DNA of 61,632 bases, counting the filler, from Squatina squatina (lineage: Eukaryota), in NCBI GenBank assembly GCA_031763465.1. It is 3 parts of 3 records of this genome, joined end to end, with 100 filler letters (N's around TTAATTAATTAA, not from the genome) between each part and the next. Parts side by side here need not be neighbours in the genome. Positions count along the whole stretch, not along the records: positions 1 to 27,761 come from JARFOE010000234.1; 2 more parts are not named here. One strand, 5' to 3'. The notes under the pieces are model-generated. The model was not told where the DNA came from. It ran no database searches and saw only the letters and a list, made by a program, of their open reading frames with translations. Both the position numbers and the translations under genes were made by a program. Every line of letters starts with the position of its first letter. Positions within the stretch are counted from its first letter, which is position 1. This document shows positions 1 through 11,608 of this stretch, piece by piece.

Positions 1-597
1 CATCACTATCTGGCTCCTCAGCCCTCAGCCCATTCTGGATGTGCATCATGCCCCTCCACTGTATACAATGCCACTGTCTAAGGTAAATCATGTGATGACA
101 GTGCAGCTCCATATCCACTGATAAAGCAGCGCCCATAATGAAATTAAACGAATCAGAATTAAACTTGAATGGTGCACACAAAACCGTGATGTACGTTTCT
201 GTAATGCCGATGCTTGACTGATACTCCTGGCACTTCCACTACAGCAGCACAGCAGCAGCATCCACAATAGAGGATTTAAATGGATGACAAACATGCCCCT
301 TTCAATACCGCCATCGTGAGCAACATGGTGGTGCACTGCGCTTGAAAAAACGGGCGCGGGTAACGTCTCCTTTTTTTAATGGTGGCGCGGGGGAATTACG
401 GAGGTTGAGTCCAGAATTGAGGCCTGCTGCTCCCACACGTCACACCGCCGACATCCGGCATCCAGCACCCATTTTATGCCACATCAGCCTGATACCAAAT
501 CATTAACTTTCACCTAGGATGATACCAGTGGGTGTAAGGGCATTACCACCCATTTTACATCCATTCCGCGCTGGCACAGACGCTCCAATTGGGGCCC
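1..597. mobile_element. Probable terminal fragment of a PIF/Harbinger-type DNA transposon
   Basis: CpG-rich segment in an AT-rich background, ending in ...CCAATTGGGGCCC followed by TAA (Harbinger-type target site). Its composition resembles the other Harbinger ends in this window. Confidence 0.45.
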
Positions 598-1109
598 TAA
601 AATCTTCCATAACCCAGTGCAACCTGGTGTAGTTTTATGAATACAGCTGAAAATGGGTTTATAGCATTTTTAGTAAGGGTGTCCAATCCGTCACCTGTGA
701 GTAGCCTGATTTAACTACAATATACTAAACCAGTTAACAGTTTCATTGGTGTACTCTCACCAGTTTCTGAGTAAATTAAATATTTTTTGTTAAGATAAAG
801 TTTTTAACTGTGCCTGCGAGTGCCTGTGTGCCGAAGAAAATGAGCACAATTTGAAGAACCTTTCCTAACCAGCGCAATTGACGGAGTCTCATGATTTTAA
901 CCTGGGGCCAATTTTATGAGTGAGGTCTGGTTTGGGTGAACTGAATCCTGAATCAATGTAAAAGATCACAGAAAACAGAAGCGTAAGTGTTTTTGGGCAT
1001 AACTCATTTGAGTTTTATATTCCCAGACCGTTCGCGGTGGTTCAGTGATTGCGTTGAAACCTGGGTGCAAAACTAATGAAAAGAAATGGAAACTCTACCC
1101 AAGAATCTG

Positions 1110-1232
1110 CAGCAAAGTAGCACTGCCCTAATGTGTCTGCTTAGAATATGTGCCTAATTCCTTAAGTAGGTCTTGAAACCACCATTGTCTGACTGAAAAG
1201 TAAGACTCTACCAACTGAGACAAGCTGACACC
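1110..1232 (-). mobile_element. Degenerate tRNA-derived SINE head (Deu/SacSINE1-like)
   Basis: Similar to 44108-44252 (GCACTGCCC...CTTGAAACC...TCTGACT...CTACCAACTGAG...AGCTGAC). Confidence 0.55.
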
Positions 1233-1696
1233 CGAACTGAGGCTGAAACGTTCATTCAATAAGGATGAAGAAGGTCAGTTTAAGAAAATATTATGCTTGA
1301 CGCCAAAATATTAATTTAACATCAAGCATGTGAAACTCTGAAAGGCTATGATGCAATTTCTTGCTAACCATTGTTAGAGCTGAATTATTAAATGATAGTT
1401 AGCGTGGATCGGGGGGCAAAGTAATACATTTTACATCAATTTTTATAACACACTATCTTCTCATGCCGGTTTTCAATCTGCGTATGCCTGGAACTTTGTG
1501 ATATGCTTTGGCTCTCTGATAATTTCTCCATCATTTATCAAATCTCATGTGACCGTCTTTATTAATGTTCAGCGTTTATAAGGAATTGTATTTCTCCACA
1601 GAGCGGCTTGATGAAAGCATCTGTCATTTCTGTTAGGTGATTCAACACAGTTCTAGCCTTCACCTGCATATCAATGAGGAGATGTTACTAGCTCAC

Positions 1697-1802
1697 CCGT
1701 TTCATTCCAGAATGCTCTGGCAGAAAAAAAAGCTTTGTGTTCCTCCAAAGCTGCATTAGACTTTTTACGATGGCATTGATGCTTCCCAGCAGACCACTAT
1801 AT
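1697..1802 (-). other. Candidate internal exon of an unidentified gene (106 nt)
   Basis: Minus-strand acceptor TCTTTTCAG and donor CGG|GTGAGC, with one open frame (YSGLLGSINAIVKSLMQLWRNTKLFFLPEHSGMKR). I do not recognise the protein. Confidence 0.25.
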
Positions 1803-2078
1803 CTGAAAAGATCCATAAATTGTTTTCTGTGATCTGTGATTTGTAGGCTGAAGCTGTAATAGTTATGTGGATAGCAGTCTGAGAAACAAGATTGCATATT
1901 ACCTACTTGGAGCTAACTGCACAATTCGGGTGCATTTCTGGTCATTTTAATATAGAACTTAGAGGGATAGCTCTTGTTTATCATACACTACTGTAAAATC
2001 TAGATACAATTTGAGAGTTAGAAATCAGCCTACGCCAGTTGGTAGCACTCTAGGACTTGAGCACCCAATCCATGTTGA

Positions 2079-3075
2079 NNNNNNNNNNNNNNNNNNNNNN
2101 NNNNNNNNNNNNNNNNNNNNNNNNNNNNNNNNNNNNNNNNNNNNNNNNNNNNNNNNNNNNNNNNNNNNNNNNNNNNNNNNNNNNNNNNNNNNNNNNNNNN
2201 NNNNNNNNNNNNNNNNNNNNNNNNNNNNNNNNNNNNNNNNNNNNNNNNNNNNNNNNNNNNNNNNNNNNNNNNNNNNNNNNNNNNNNNNNNNNNNNNNNNN
2301 NNNNNNNNNNNNNNNNNNNNNNNNNNNNNNNNNNNNNNNNNNNNNNNNNNNNNNNNNNNNNNNNNNNNNNNNNNNNNNNNNNNNNNNNNNNNNNNNNNNN
2401 NNNNNNNNNNNNNNNNNNNNNNNNNNNNNNNNNNNNNNNNNNNNNNNNNNNNNNNNNNNNNNNNNNNNNNNNNNNNNNNNNNNNNNNNNNNNNNNNNNNN
2501 NNNNNNNNNNNNNNNNNNNNNNNNNNNNNNNNNNNNNNNNNNNNNNNNNNNNNNNNNNNNNNNNNNNNNNNNNNNNNNNNNNNNNNNNNNNNNNNNNNNN
2601 NNNNNNNNNNNNNNNNNNNNNNNNNNNNNNNNNNNNNNNNNNNNNNNNNNNNNNNNNNNNNNNNNNNNNNNNNNNNNNNNNNNNNNNNNNNNNNNNNNNN
2701 NNNNNNNNNNNNNNNNNNNNNNNNNNNNNNNNNNNNNNNNNNNNNNNNNNNNNNNNNNNNNNNNNNNNNNNNNNNNNNNNNNNNNNNNNNNNNNNNNNNN
2801 NNNNNNNNNNNNNNNNNNNNNNNNNNNNNNNNNNNNNNNNNNNNNNNNNNNNNNNNNNNNNNNNNNNNNNNNNNNNNNNNNNNNNNNNNNNNNNNNNNNN
2901 NNNNNNNNNNNNNNNNNNNNNNNNNNNNNNNNNNNNNNNNNNNNNNNNNNNNNNNNNNNNNNNNNNNNNNNNNNNNNNNNNNNNNNNNNNNNNNNNNNNN
3001 NNNNNNNNNNNNNNNNNNNNNNNNNNNNNNNNNNNNNNNNNNNNNNNNNNNNNNNNNNNNNNNNNNNNNNNNNNN
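2079..3075. other. Assembly gap (~1 kb of N)
   Basis: Run of N. ORFs spanning it are artefacts. Confidence 0.99.
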
Positions 3076-4924
3076 GGTCTGTCAGGGAGGTGATGGGTAA
3101 ACAGCTCAATCCATTAAATGAGACACTGTACTTGACAGGTAAATACAGCCTCCACATCACAGGCCTGATTCCAGTGCAGAATACTCATATCGTAAATCAT
3201 CTCACACACATAATATGCAAACACAATCCCTCATCCCTGAACAGAATTCTAGGAGTATAAATTTGTTTTGAGTGATAACATAAAATGGGCGATAGCAAAT
3301 CAGCAGCCTATTTTATGCTCTGCCTGGTTATTTTCCGTTGACTTCAATGGAAAAGAAAATCGGCAGAGTGCAAAACATGCTGCCAATTCACTATCGACTA
3401 TTTTGCACTCACGTCAAAGATGACTGTTCCCCAGCAAAGAATTCCTGTATGCTGCACCATATCATTCCCATTATTTACATAAAGTACCTGATAATCCCAG
3501 TAAAGAATCCCTGTTTGTAAAGCATCTTTTGGCTCTATTTTGGACAGTTGGATATTAAAACAAGTATGGCAGTTAATGGCCACCTACCTTTCAGCTCTGC
3601 ATCCTGAAAGGGAAATCGCAGTGAGTTTCTCACTGGGCCAATCCAGTGAATCAGGGCCAGAAGACAACTAAAAGGTCCCAGAAGAAAACCTGTCATGGAG
3701 CCAAACAGCCCTTCCCAGTCGCGATACCTCAGCAACCGATCCCACCACTTACCTGGTTATGGCGGGCTGCCTTTGGGCCGTGCGATTTTCCATTGCTGCC
3801 CACTAACTTGTCCCCTTTGGGCAGGTGTTCAATATGGTACAAATAGAAATATTATTACTTCCATTAATCTAACAATTCAAATAAAGCAAATGAAAAGAAA
3901 AATTCTAAAGCACAAAGTCAGTGCACTTGTTATGTGTTGCTAATCTATCAATAACTTCCCTACTATTGACTGTAATATCCCAGGGAACATTTACAAGCGC
4001 AAGCCCAACTAATTTGTTTTCACTGGTCAAATTGAGGAACTGGCTCTGGAAGAACATCTGTTGTTTCTATGTTTTATTAAATGATCTAGGCATGTTCCTT
4101 TCGAAGAAGGAGTGGTCTGATTAAAAAAATCACAGAAATTTTGAATCACTCATCACTCCTTATACTGATATGGACAAGACTCATTTAAGAGACAACAAAG
4201 CTTCATTCCGCACACATGCGTACCATCTGAACCCAGTTGTTTTGTGTTTTCAACCTCAATGAAATATGCTGATGTAACTTCAGTAGAAAATAAGGAGAAT
4301 ATCTTATTTGCTTGTCTGGAGTCCAATATAAAGTTGGCCATGTAGGAGTATTTTTCTGAGAACAGTAAAGCCTGGAGTGTTCATGAGGAGAAAGAGTCAA
4401 CATTCACTTGCGAATGGAGCATCCGTCAAAGGAATCAATCCCTACACGTTGTTCCACTGATTGTTGTTGAATTATACGTCAGGGTTAGAAGTTCACATCA
4501 GTCAATCCTTGAGTGTTTATTGGGGTATCCAGTGAGGAAGAAGAAAGCACTGGTCAGTAATTCAGCAGCTCTGCCCTAATTGCCCTGTTTGAATAGATAT
4601 CAAGTCATTATTGAGAGCTGCAATAAATTAAAATTTAGGCAATTAAGCTCCCAGTCAGCTTGTAATAAGATAACTGTAACAAATTGTACAATTCAAACAA
4701 ATTAAAGAGAATCAATGCTCTGATATGTGAAGAAAAAGAGATCAGGATTAACCAAACAGTGGAACTTGCACAGAGCTAAAAGTTAGCGTTATCCTCGGGC
4801 TTGGACTAACTATTAGGAGAAGTANNNNNNNNNNNNNNNNNNNNNNNNNNNNNNNNNNNNNNNNNNNNNNNNNNNNNNNNNNNNNNNNNNNNNNNNNNNN
4901 NNNNNNNNNNNNNNNNNNNNNNNN

Positions 4925-5240
4925 TTTAAATATTGCTGGTGGGGGGGGGTGGGGGGTTTCCCTGCTGCTGCAGAACACATGTTCAGCTGTGCGAGGTTAA
5001 GACAGGGTTTTAGCTCCAGCGTTGAGGAGGGAAATGAAACGCTGGCATTAAATTAGCATTGCACGCTGATTAATGTCATGATCTGCCTACCCTACATACT
5101 TCAGGTGCACACTCCCAGCGCCGACGCTAACACACTCACCAAGATGGCGGGCAGCACAGCATGCATCAGAAGTGTGCTCACATGGTGAGGATGCCATTTT
5201 ATCATATAACAGCACCCGTAGCACTGCAAAATCAGGAATT
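4925..5240. mobile_element. Terminal region of the Harbinger family seen at 7497-10058
   Basis: The first 42 nt match 10017-10058 with one mismatch and then continue into CpG-rich subterminal-type sequence. Confidence 0.6.
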
Positions 5241-7781
5241 AGGCCATATTTAGAAGCCCTCTTCTAATATCTCTCTCCTGGACAGAATACAAAAAAGCTA
5301 GACTATCTGGTAGGTGATTCCTTTCTAGCCTCCAATATCTAATCTTTTTCTTTATTGCAACCTTTTTTTCTCTACGAATCATCAATGGTCAGTGCTCCTC
5401 TGGATATTCCTTCTCATCCTGTTTCTCCTCCTTTTGTCAGAACTATATTAAAATCAAGACCCAAAGCTCTGTCTCCTACTGTAACTTATTTTTACAACAA
5501 AATTCATACCTCCTCAATTCTTTCTTCCCCCTATAATCTTCTGGCTTTTAAAAGCCAATCTTGGTGTAACCTACCCATCGCTTCCTGACTAATTTCATCT
5601 TCTCTTACTGTTATCAGCGTTGGTCATTTCCTACTCAATGGACTTTGGCCTTGATTTACATTTTTTTTTATACTTGTCGATGCTACATTAGTGGGAGATA
5701 AGCATGATAAAATAGCAACGTTGCATCTCTCTTTCATTTCTCTCGCAAATTACTTCAATACATTTCTCATCAGTGTCTGGATTACATTTTGTCAGCTCTA
5801 CGACCAGTCAACTTCCATGTGTGGCCAGAGGTCTGCATGGCTGGGCTACACCCAGGAACATCGCTCAGAATGTCTCTGATGAAGACCTCCAAGGCCCCTT
5901 GGACAAGAATGAAAGCAGGTGGTACTGACTCTTAGACCAGCAATCCACCAAACCAGCCAGGACTGTCAGTTGTGCCAACTGCAAGGAAGTGTCATTGGCA
6001 CTGTCAGCCCCTTCTCCTTGGGCCATGCATCTCCTGTAGTGAAGGACACAAAGAGACGATGTGCTCCCAGACCTTTGCCGATGCTCTTTTCGAGCAGTCT
6101 ACTAAAAGACATATAATAGTGGTGTTGTGACAGGGCCCCTGATTCCTCCATCATTCCCTCTTAAGAAACACATGGCCTTGGCTTTGTGGCTTCCCACATC
6201 AGTCCAGCTGAGTTCATGGACTCTATGAAATGGAACTTTAAACTTGTATCCAACTATACTATGCCACTACTTGTAGCTGGTTAACAAGTAATTCATTAAA
6301 CTCTTCAATTCGTGGGAATCTACAACAGAGATTGATTGTGAGACACTTGTACTACAAAGATATTTTATACGAGTGGAGAATGAATCATTTTAATCTTAGG
6401 GCTATAACTATAATACTAAAAAAATGTATGTGATGTATTTCTCCTTATTTGTCTACTTGAGAAACTACAAGCAAAATATATAGTAAGTTATAAAATCTAT
6501 AGATGTGGTATGGTCTTTACTAGCTCAGACCAGAAGCTATCCATTGGGTTTGATGCACAAAAGAAATTTAAACTGCTGTTGAAAATTGCAACCAAAAGAT
6601 AATAAACTCAGAGAGTAGGAATCATTTTATGTCTGACAGCAACTTCTACTGTCTGAAAACTCAGGTCAATTGCTGAGCGTAGTTACACATTTGTTTAGAT
6701 GACATTATGGGCAGTTGTGCCAAGCAACACTAAATGCACTAACAGGCATGGAACAACAATCTGAGAAGGAATTATGTCAGTCTCATATTCTTACAGAAAT
6801 GTGACTGGAATGACTCAAGTGATTGAGGCCTGCAGCAACAACATCTTTAGCGACAGTTATCCTGCCAGTTTCGCATCAATATGAAGCAGCTTCCTGTGCG
6901 CATTGACATGAAAGTGGGAGCATCAATCTGCAGTCAGATCTGACTCTGGAGCACACTAACGTCATGCGATGTGACACCTCTTCCAGGAGGCCACCCCACG
7001 CACTCGGGCTTTACACACCCAAAGTCAAATTCCAGTCCAGCATGAGCTGAGTTTAATTGAATCTACTGTCCACTTTTAAACTCAGCTTCACACTGCACTA
7101 GAATTATACTCCATGTGGTATAAAGTTCAGGTAGTGCCAGACAGCCTTCTTGAGTCTCTTTGCTACTATTAAAAAGAAATAGCAGAGCTCTCACATAAAA
7201 AAGTAAGCATGCACAGAGCTCGCCCCTGACAGGCAGGGTGATTCACAGGCAAGGGCAGCTACGATACACCTTGTATGTTGCTAGCACATTTCACATCTAT
7301 GGCTATCGATCTGAGAATGATGGTGCTGTATAACTGCAGTTTTTGATGAGTTGACATCTTCTGCAACAACCAAACAATTCTGGGAAGTTCTCAGGATTTT
7401 TTTTTTAATATATCCCAAAACCACTCTATCTGTGTAGGAGTATTTTTGCCATCGGCAACTTCCTATGTGTTTCCAAAGATGGAGGTCATGGTTAACGGGG
7501 GTGAAATTAGATTAGGACACAAAATGGGTGTGGGGATCACATCTGCCTGCGCCCATTGAAAGGAGCTCAGGCGGCACTTAAAAGTCGTGCTGCCTGTTAA
7601 TGATTATGATTGCAGCATACAGCCCAGTGCTGAAAGCGCTGCTGACTGGCCATGAACTCAGCAGGGGGCCAAAGTTTGTGATGTTCGCACGAGGCTAGCT
7701 TTACTTAGCTTGCCTGCGCCTCTTAAAGGTGTGCTGCCTTCTGGTGATCAAAAGTTTAAAACTGCTTCAGCACAAACCAAA

Positions 7782-9500
7782 ATGGCTCAAAAGGCCAGGG
7801 AAAGGGCATCCAGAATCTTGGACTCAAGGCCTTTGTGCAGGGGTAACTACTTGAAGAGAGGTTCTCTACCTGCAGGGGCCAGCAGGCCCTCCAGAAAATC
7901 TGTAAGGATGTGGGACCAGATTGGCGAGGATGTGGCTCCAGTGCCCAAAGAAGCTTAATGTTATCAGACAAGTGGTCAAGGTCAGTGGATGCATCTTTAA
8001 AAACCATTTCCTAACAACAGCACCACTGGCCTCACACACTGCTCAATGCACCACAAATCCATCACTGACCTACCAACCATCCCTACCAAACATGAGGCGC
8101 ACCTCAAATTCCTAGCTTCAGCTCACCTTCACACACTTACTACTGCTGCAAGCCTCACCCCCACATCTCAAAGCTGCAACACACTGTCATTCATTCAACT
8201 ATGACAGTCACATCACCCAAACACCCTACGCCACACGCAAAGACACATTTCCCTTTCTCTTGCAGGAAAAGGTGGTGCATTACCATCGCAAGCAGACTTT
8301 AACTGACAGGCTAGTCTGCATCACCTCACTCCCTTGAAGGAGATGGTGCTGACCATTTTTGGCATGGGCATGGCTGAGCCTTTGGCCAGCGGAGGAGCTG
8401 AAAGGATACAAGATGCCGGTATCCTCATACGTTATCCTCCTTCTCACACCCCACTTCCCCTCATCACACAATGTCTTCTGATTTTCAATCGGCACATGGT
8501 GTAAGCATACACCTCTTCCTTCCCCCTCCCCCAGCCCTCACCACAACTCTACCCTTATGCCTTTCTCATTTCAGACACCCAAGAAATCCAGTCTGCCCAG
8601 CCAGCGGGTTAACAAGAAGAGGGAGAGGAGAGTGAAGGAGAAGAAGAATCACCGTCACCGATTTCACACTCGCAGCTACCAGCTCAGATACTGACACTCC
8701 ATTTACTTAGACGACAGGTTAGACGCGAGATCTGCACGTGGTGAGATACGGCACGTGAGAGGCCTGCAGCCAGGGCAGGGGGAAGGCTAGTGCAGATGCC
8801 ACTTCCCTGGAGGGTGAGGTTGCACACAGATGAAGACTTCAATGGGGCCTACCGAAGAATGCTGACAGATATGCACAATGAAATCTTTGGTGCATTAGCA
8901 GAAAGCCTGAATGCAATTTTAAGGAGCCTGGAGGAGTCCAGCTCCAACCTTGCACAGGGCTTTGGGCAGAGTTTGGAGCCCATTCTTTCCAGCGTGGAAA
9001 GGATGGGCAAATCCATTAACGCACATGTGAATTCAACCATCATGCTGCATTTGATGGCTGAAAACAGCTTCCACTGCAGCAGAAGCAAAACCACCCAACG
9101 TCTGAGTGCTGCAACAGAATCTCAGACTGAAGTCATGCAAGTTGAGCTTGCTTCCATGCAAGCACAGACTGATGTCATCATGGCTGGATTAGCCAGTATT
9201 GAAAAGAGCTTGTAGGTGTCACAGCAGTCCAGTAGCCTGTCTTCCATCAAATTACTAGGATTGCTGAGGCTCTGTCCCAGGAGTGGCAGTTGATCCACGG
9301 AGGCCGACCCTGCTGTCCTCTCAGGATGACAGTATTCGTACGCCCATCACTGCACTCTGCCAGTGTCCTTGCCTTCGCCTATCAGCCAGCTAGCCCAGAC
9401 TGCTGCCGCCCATGCCGAGGTAGTGCAGTCCGAAGCTGGGCTTTCTAGTCCCAGAGCTCCTCGAGGTAGTCCTGCAAGGTCATCTGCAGTATCTCCCCAC
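7782..9500 (+). pseudogene. Harbinger Myb/SANT-like DNA-binding protein gene (NAIF1/MSANTD-like), three exons, frameshifted
   Basis: Exon 1 reads MAQKARERA...LYPAGASRPSRKSVRMWDQIGEDV..QCPKKLN..VVK and ends at AAG|GTCAGT (7980). Acceptors lie at 8265 (TTGCAG) and ~8574 (TTTCAG). The last exon is acidic and coiled-coil-like (ORF 8790-9215). Several frameshifts and stops are present. Confidence 0.75.
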
Positions 9501-9850
9501 TCCATCTTGGAAGGATCTTGATGCGAGGACATTCAGGACCATGGTCACCTTAACAGCCACTGGCAGCACTGTCCTTGCCCTGGATTGAGGCTGCAGGTCT
9601 GATTGAATGAGCTGGCAGAATTCTGTGAGCACCTCCTTTGTAAACCGCAGATACCTCACATGCTCCATGGATCAGGCTGAGATAAGAGAATTGCTCTCAG
9701 AAGACCCTAGGTGGGTAAGGCCTCCTGTTGAGAGCCCTTCTTCCCCTTCTCTTCCTCCCTCTTCTTTGCTGCCTCTGCTCCATCTCCCTATCATGCTGCA
9801 GGCCAAAGGGGATGGAAACTGGAGCACCCATGACTGGGAACAAGTGGTCT
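9480..9850 (-). pseudogene. Harbinger transposase (HARBI1/DDE_Tnp_4 family) N-terminal fragment
   Basis: ORF YLRFTKEVLTEFCQLIQSDLQPQSRARTVLPVAVKVTMVLNVLASRSFQ matches the HARBI1-type N-terminal motif (RFxKExVxELC..L...LQ....ALPV..KV..ALNFYASGSFQ). The catalytic DDE region is absent. Confidence 0.85.
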
Positions 9851-10158
9851 GACCAGAACCCTTGAAGTCAGGACCAAGGACTTCTCCACTTGCCGCACCG
9901 CTCCCTGTTACCTCACCAAACTTGAACAAATCTGGAAAGTGCCAAACAGTTCCACAAACTTACACAGAGTCAGTAGAAATTAATCAGCACCTAACAGTCG
10001 AGTGGTTCCTGATCCCTTTAAATATTGCTGGTGGGGGGGGGGGGGGGGTTTCCCTGCTNNNNNNNNNNNNNNNNNNNNNNNNNNNNNNNNNNNNNNNNNN
10101 NNNNNNNNNNNNNNNNNNNNNNNNNNNNNNNNNNNNNNNNNNNNNNNNNNNNNNNNNN

Positions 10159-10348
10159 GAAGTGTCTACCCCAGAGGGCTGTGGAGGCTCAGTGATTGAG
10201 TATATTCAAGACAGAAATTGATAGATTTCTAGATATTAATGGAATCAAGGATATGGGGATAGTGCAGGAAAATGGCGTTGAGGTAGAAGATCATGATCTT
10301 GTTGAATTGTGAAGCAGGCTCGAGGGGCATAATGGCCTACTCCTGCTC
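10159..10348 (+). mobile_element. CR1 LINE 3' end
   Basis: CCCAGAGGGCTGTGGAGGCTCAG...GATAGATTTCTAGATATTAA...AATGGCCTACTCCTGCTCC..TTCTTATGTTCTTATG tail, typical of CR1. Confidence 0.85.
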
Positions 10349-11454
10349 CGAGTTCTTATGTTCTTATGATACTTTTGTGCTCCCTGAAGTTATCGCCCAA
10401 ACGGGGTGCTACGCAATTGCTAGCTCTTTGTAGTGCTTAGTTTGTTTAACACTTACACTCAGATGGTGTGATGAAAGAAAAAGTCTTGTTCCTTAGTATG
10501 GAGTTGCTCACGCATACTTTTTATAAATAAATAATGTTAAAAATACCTGCATCAATTATTTTTGTATTTCTTTTAAGTCAAAGGCACCAGAAATATACAT
10601 CTGTAATTTGCTTTAATTGAGCGAGACAACCTTGTGAAATAGAATAGACCTTTTTTGAAATAAACAGTTACTGAAAATGTGGTTCAATAGAAGAGTTCAC
10701 ATCAACCACAAGAACCCTATTAACATTTTGGCTGATGTTTCATAAGAATAGACTTTTTGGCACAATGCCGCACACAACAATGTCCGATCAGCTTGCCCTT
10801 TATGTGGTGAAAAGTGTTTTGGCAGTCTAGCACTAGAATTACTCTGCTATCATGCTATGCATATTCTGTTTCTGTCCTTGGGATGACCTAGTATACAATC
10901 CCCAGAACTTCAACTCAGAAGTCAGAGCTAATCTGTCACAGAAGATGATTCTTAATCTTCTTATATCAAGCTGCACCGTATTCCATCTCTGATTTATCCT
11001 TATCGAACTAAGTTTGCACACATTAACCTTTAAAATAGTGTAGTAGTATATGCCTATGAATCTACCTTGTGGAACCACTGCATCATTTTTGAAACAATAT
11101 TATAAATGCACTTGTGTTCTGGAGGTATTTTTAGCATAACTGCTGTGGTTTGCAAAAAAAAAATGTATTTATAAAAATATTTACCCTGTATGTGAATACC
11201 GGTTAAAAACTGTTTGTTTCACACTACTGATTTTGAAGTAATAGGTTTTATGTGCTCTTGATTTCAATGTGTTTTAATTAGCTCATAAGCATGGCAGACA
11301 CGTGTCAAACATTTGTGGAAAAGGAATTTAGTACCTAAAATGTTTATGCAAATTTCTTATTATTGAAACTTTAGCTGTGAGTAATTGAAATAATTAGATC
11401 AGAAGGGTGTATCAGCTTTCTAATAACTGCTGTAGTTCCTTTTGCACGTTATTC

Positions 11455-11608
11455 TCTGCCCCAGAGGACTATGGAGGCTCAATCATTGAGTACATTCAAG
11501 ACAGAGATCGATAGATTTCTAGATATTAAAGGCAGATGGTGCAGGAAAATGGCGTTGAGGTCGAAGACTAGCCACGATCTAGTTGAATGGTTGAGCAGGC
11601 TTGAGGGA
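11455..11608 (+). mobile_element. CR1 LINE 3' fragment
   Basis: Same family as 10159-10348 (MEAQSLSTFKTEIDRFLDIKG). Confidence 0.85.

Larger units (their letters stand above)
7497..10058. mobile_element. Decayed two-gene PIF/Harbinger transposon (Myb/SANT gene on +, nuclease on -, convergent), internally deleted
   Basis: Begins GGGGGTGAAATT and contains a Myb/SANT-like spliced gene plus a HARBI1-like N-terminal fragment on the opposite strand, which is the standard Harbinger architecture. Confidence 0.85.

Noticed and set aside
2011-3160. Long ORFs of 347-376 aa, and all other ORFs containing X runs
   Set aside because: They are open only because N gaps contain no stop codons.
4150-4560. 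S/T/E-rich stretch considered as a versican-like exon because of the nearby EDIL3
   Set aside because: The frames I translated are interrupted by stops and I found no recognisable homology.
8790-9215. 141-aa coiled-coil-like ORF as a host gene
   Set aside because: It is part of the decayed last exon of the Harbinger Myb gene, bounded by frameshifts and a premature stop.
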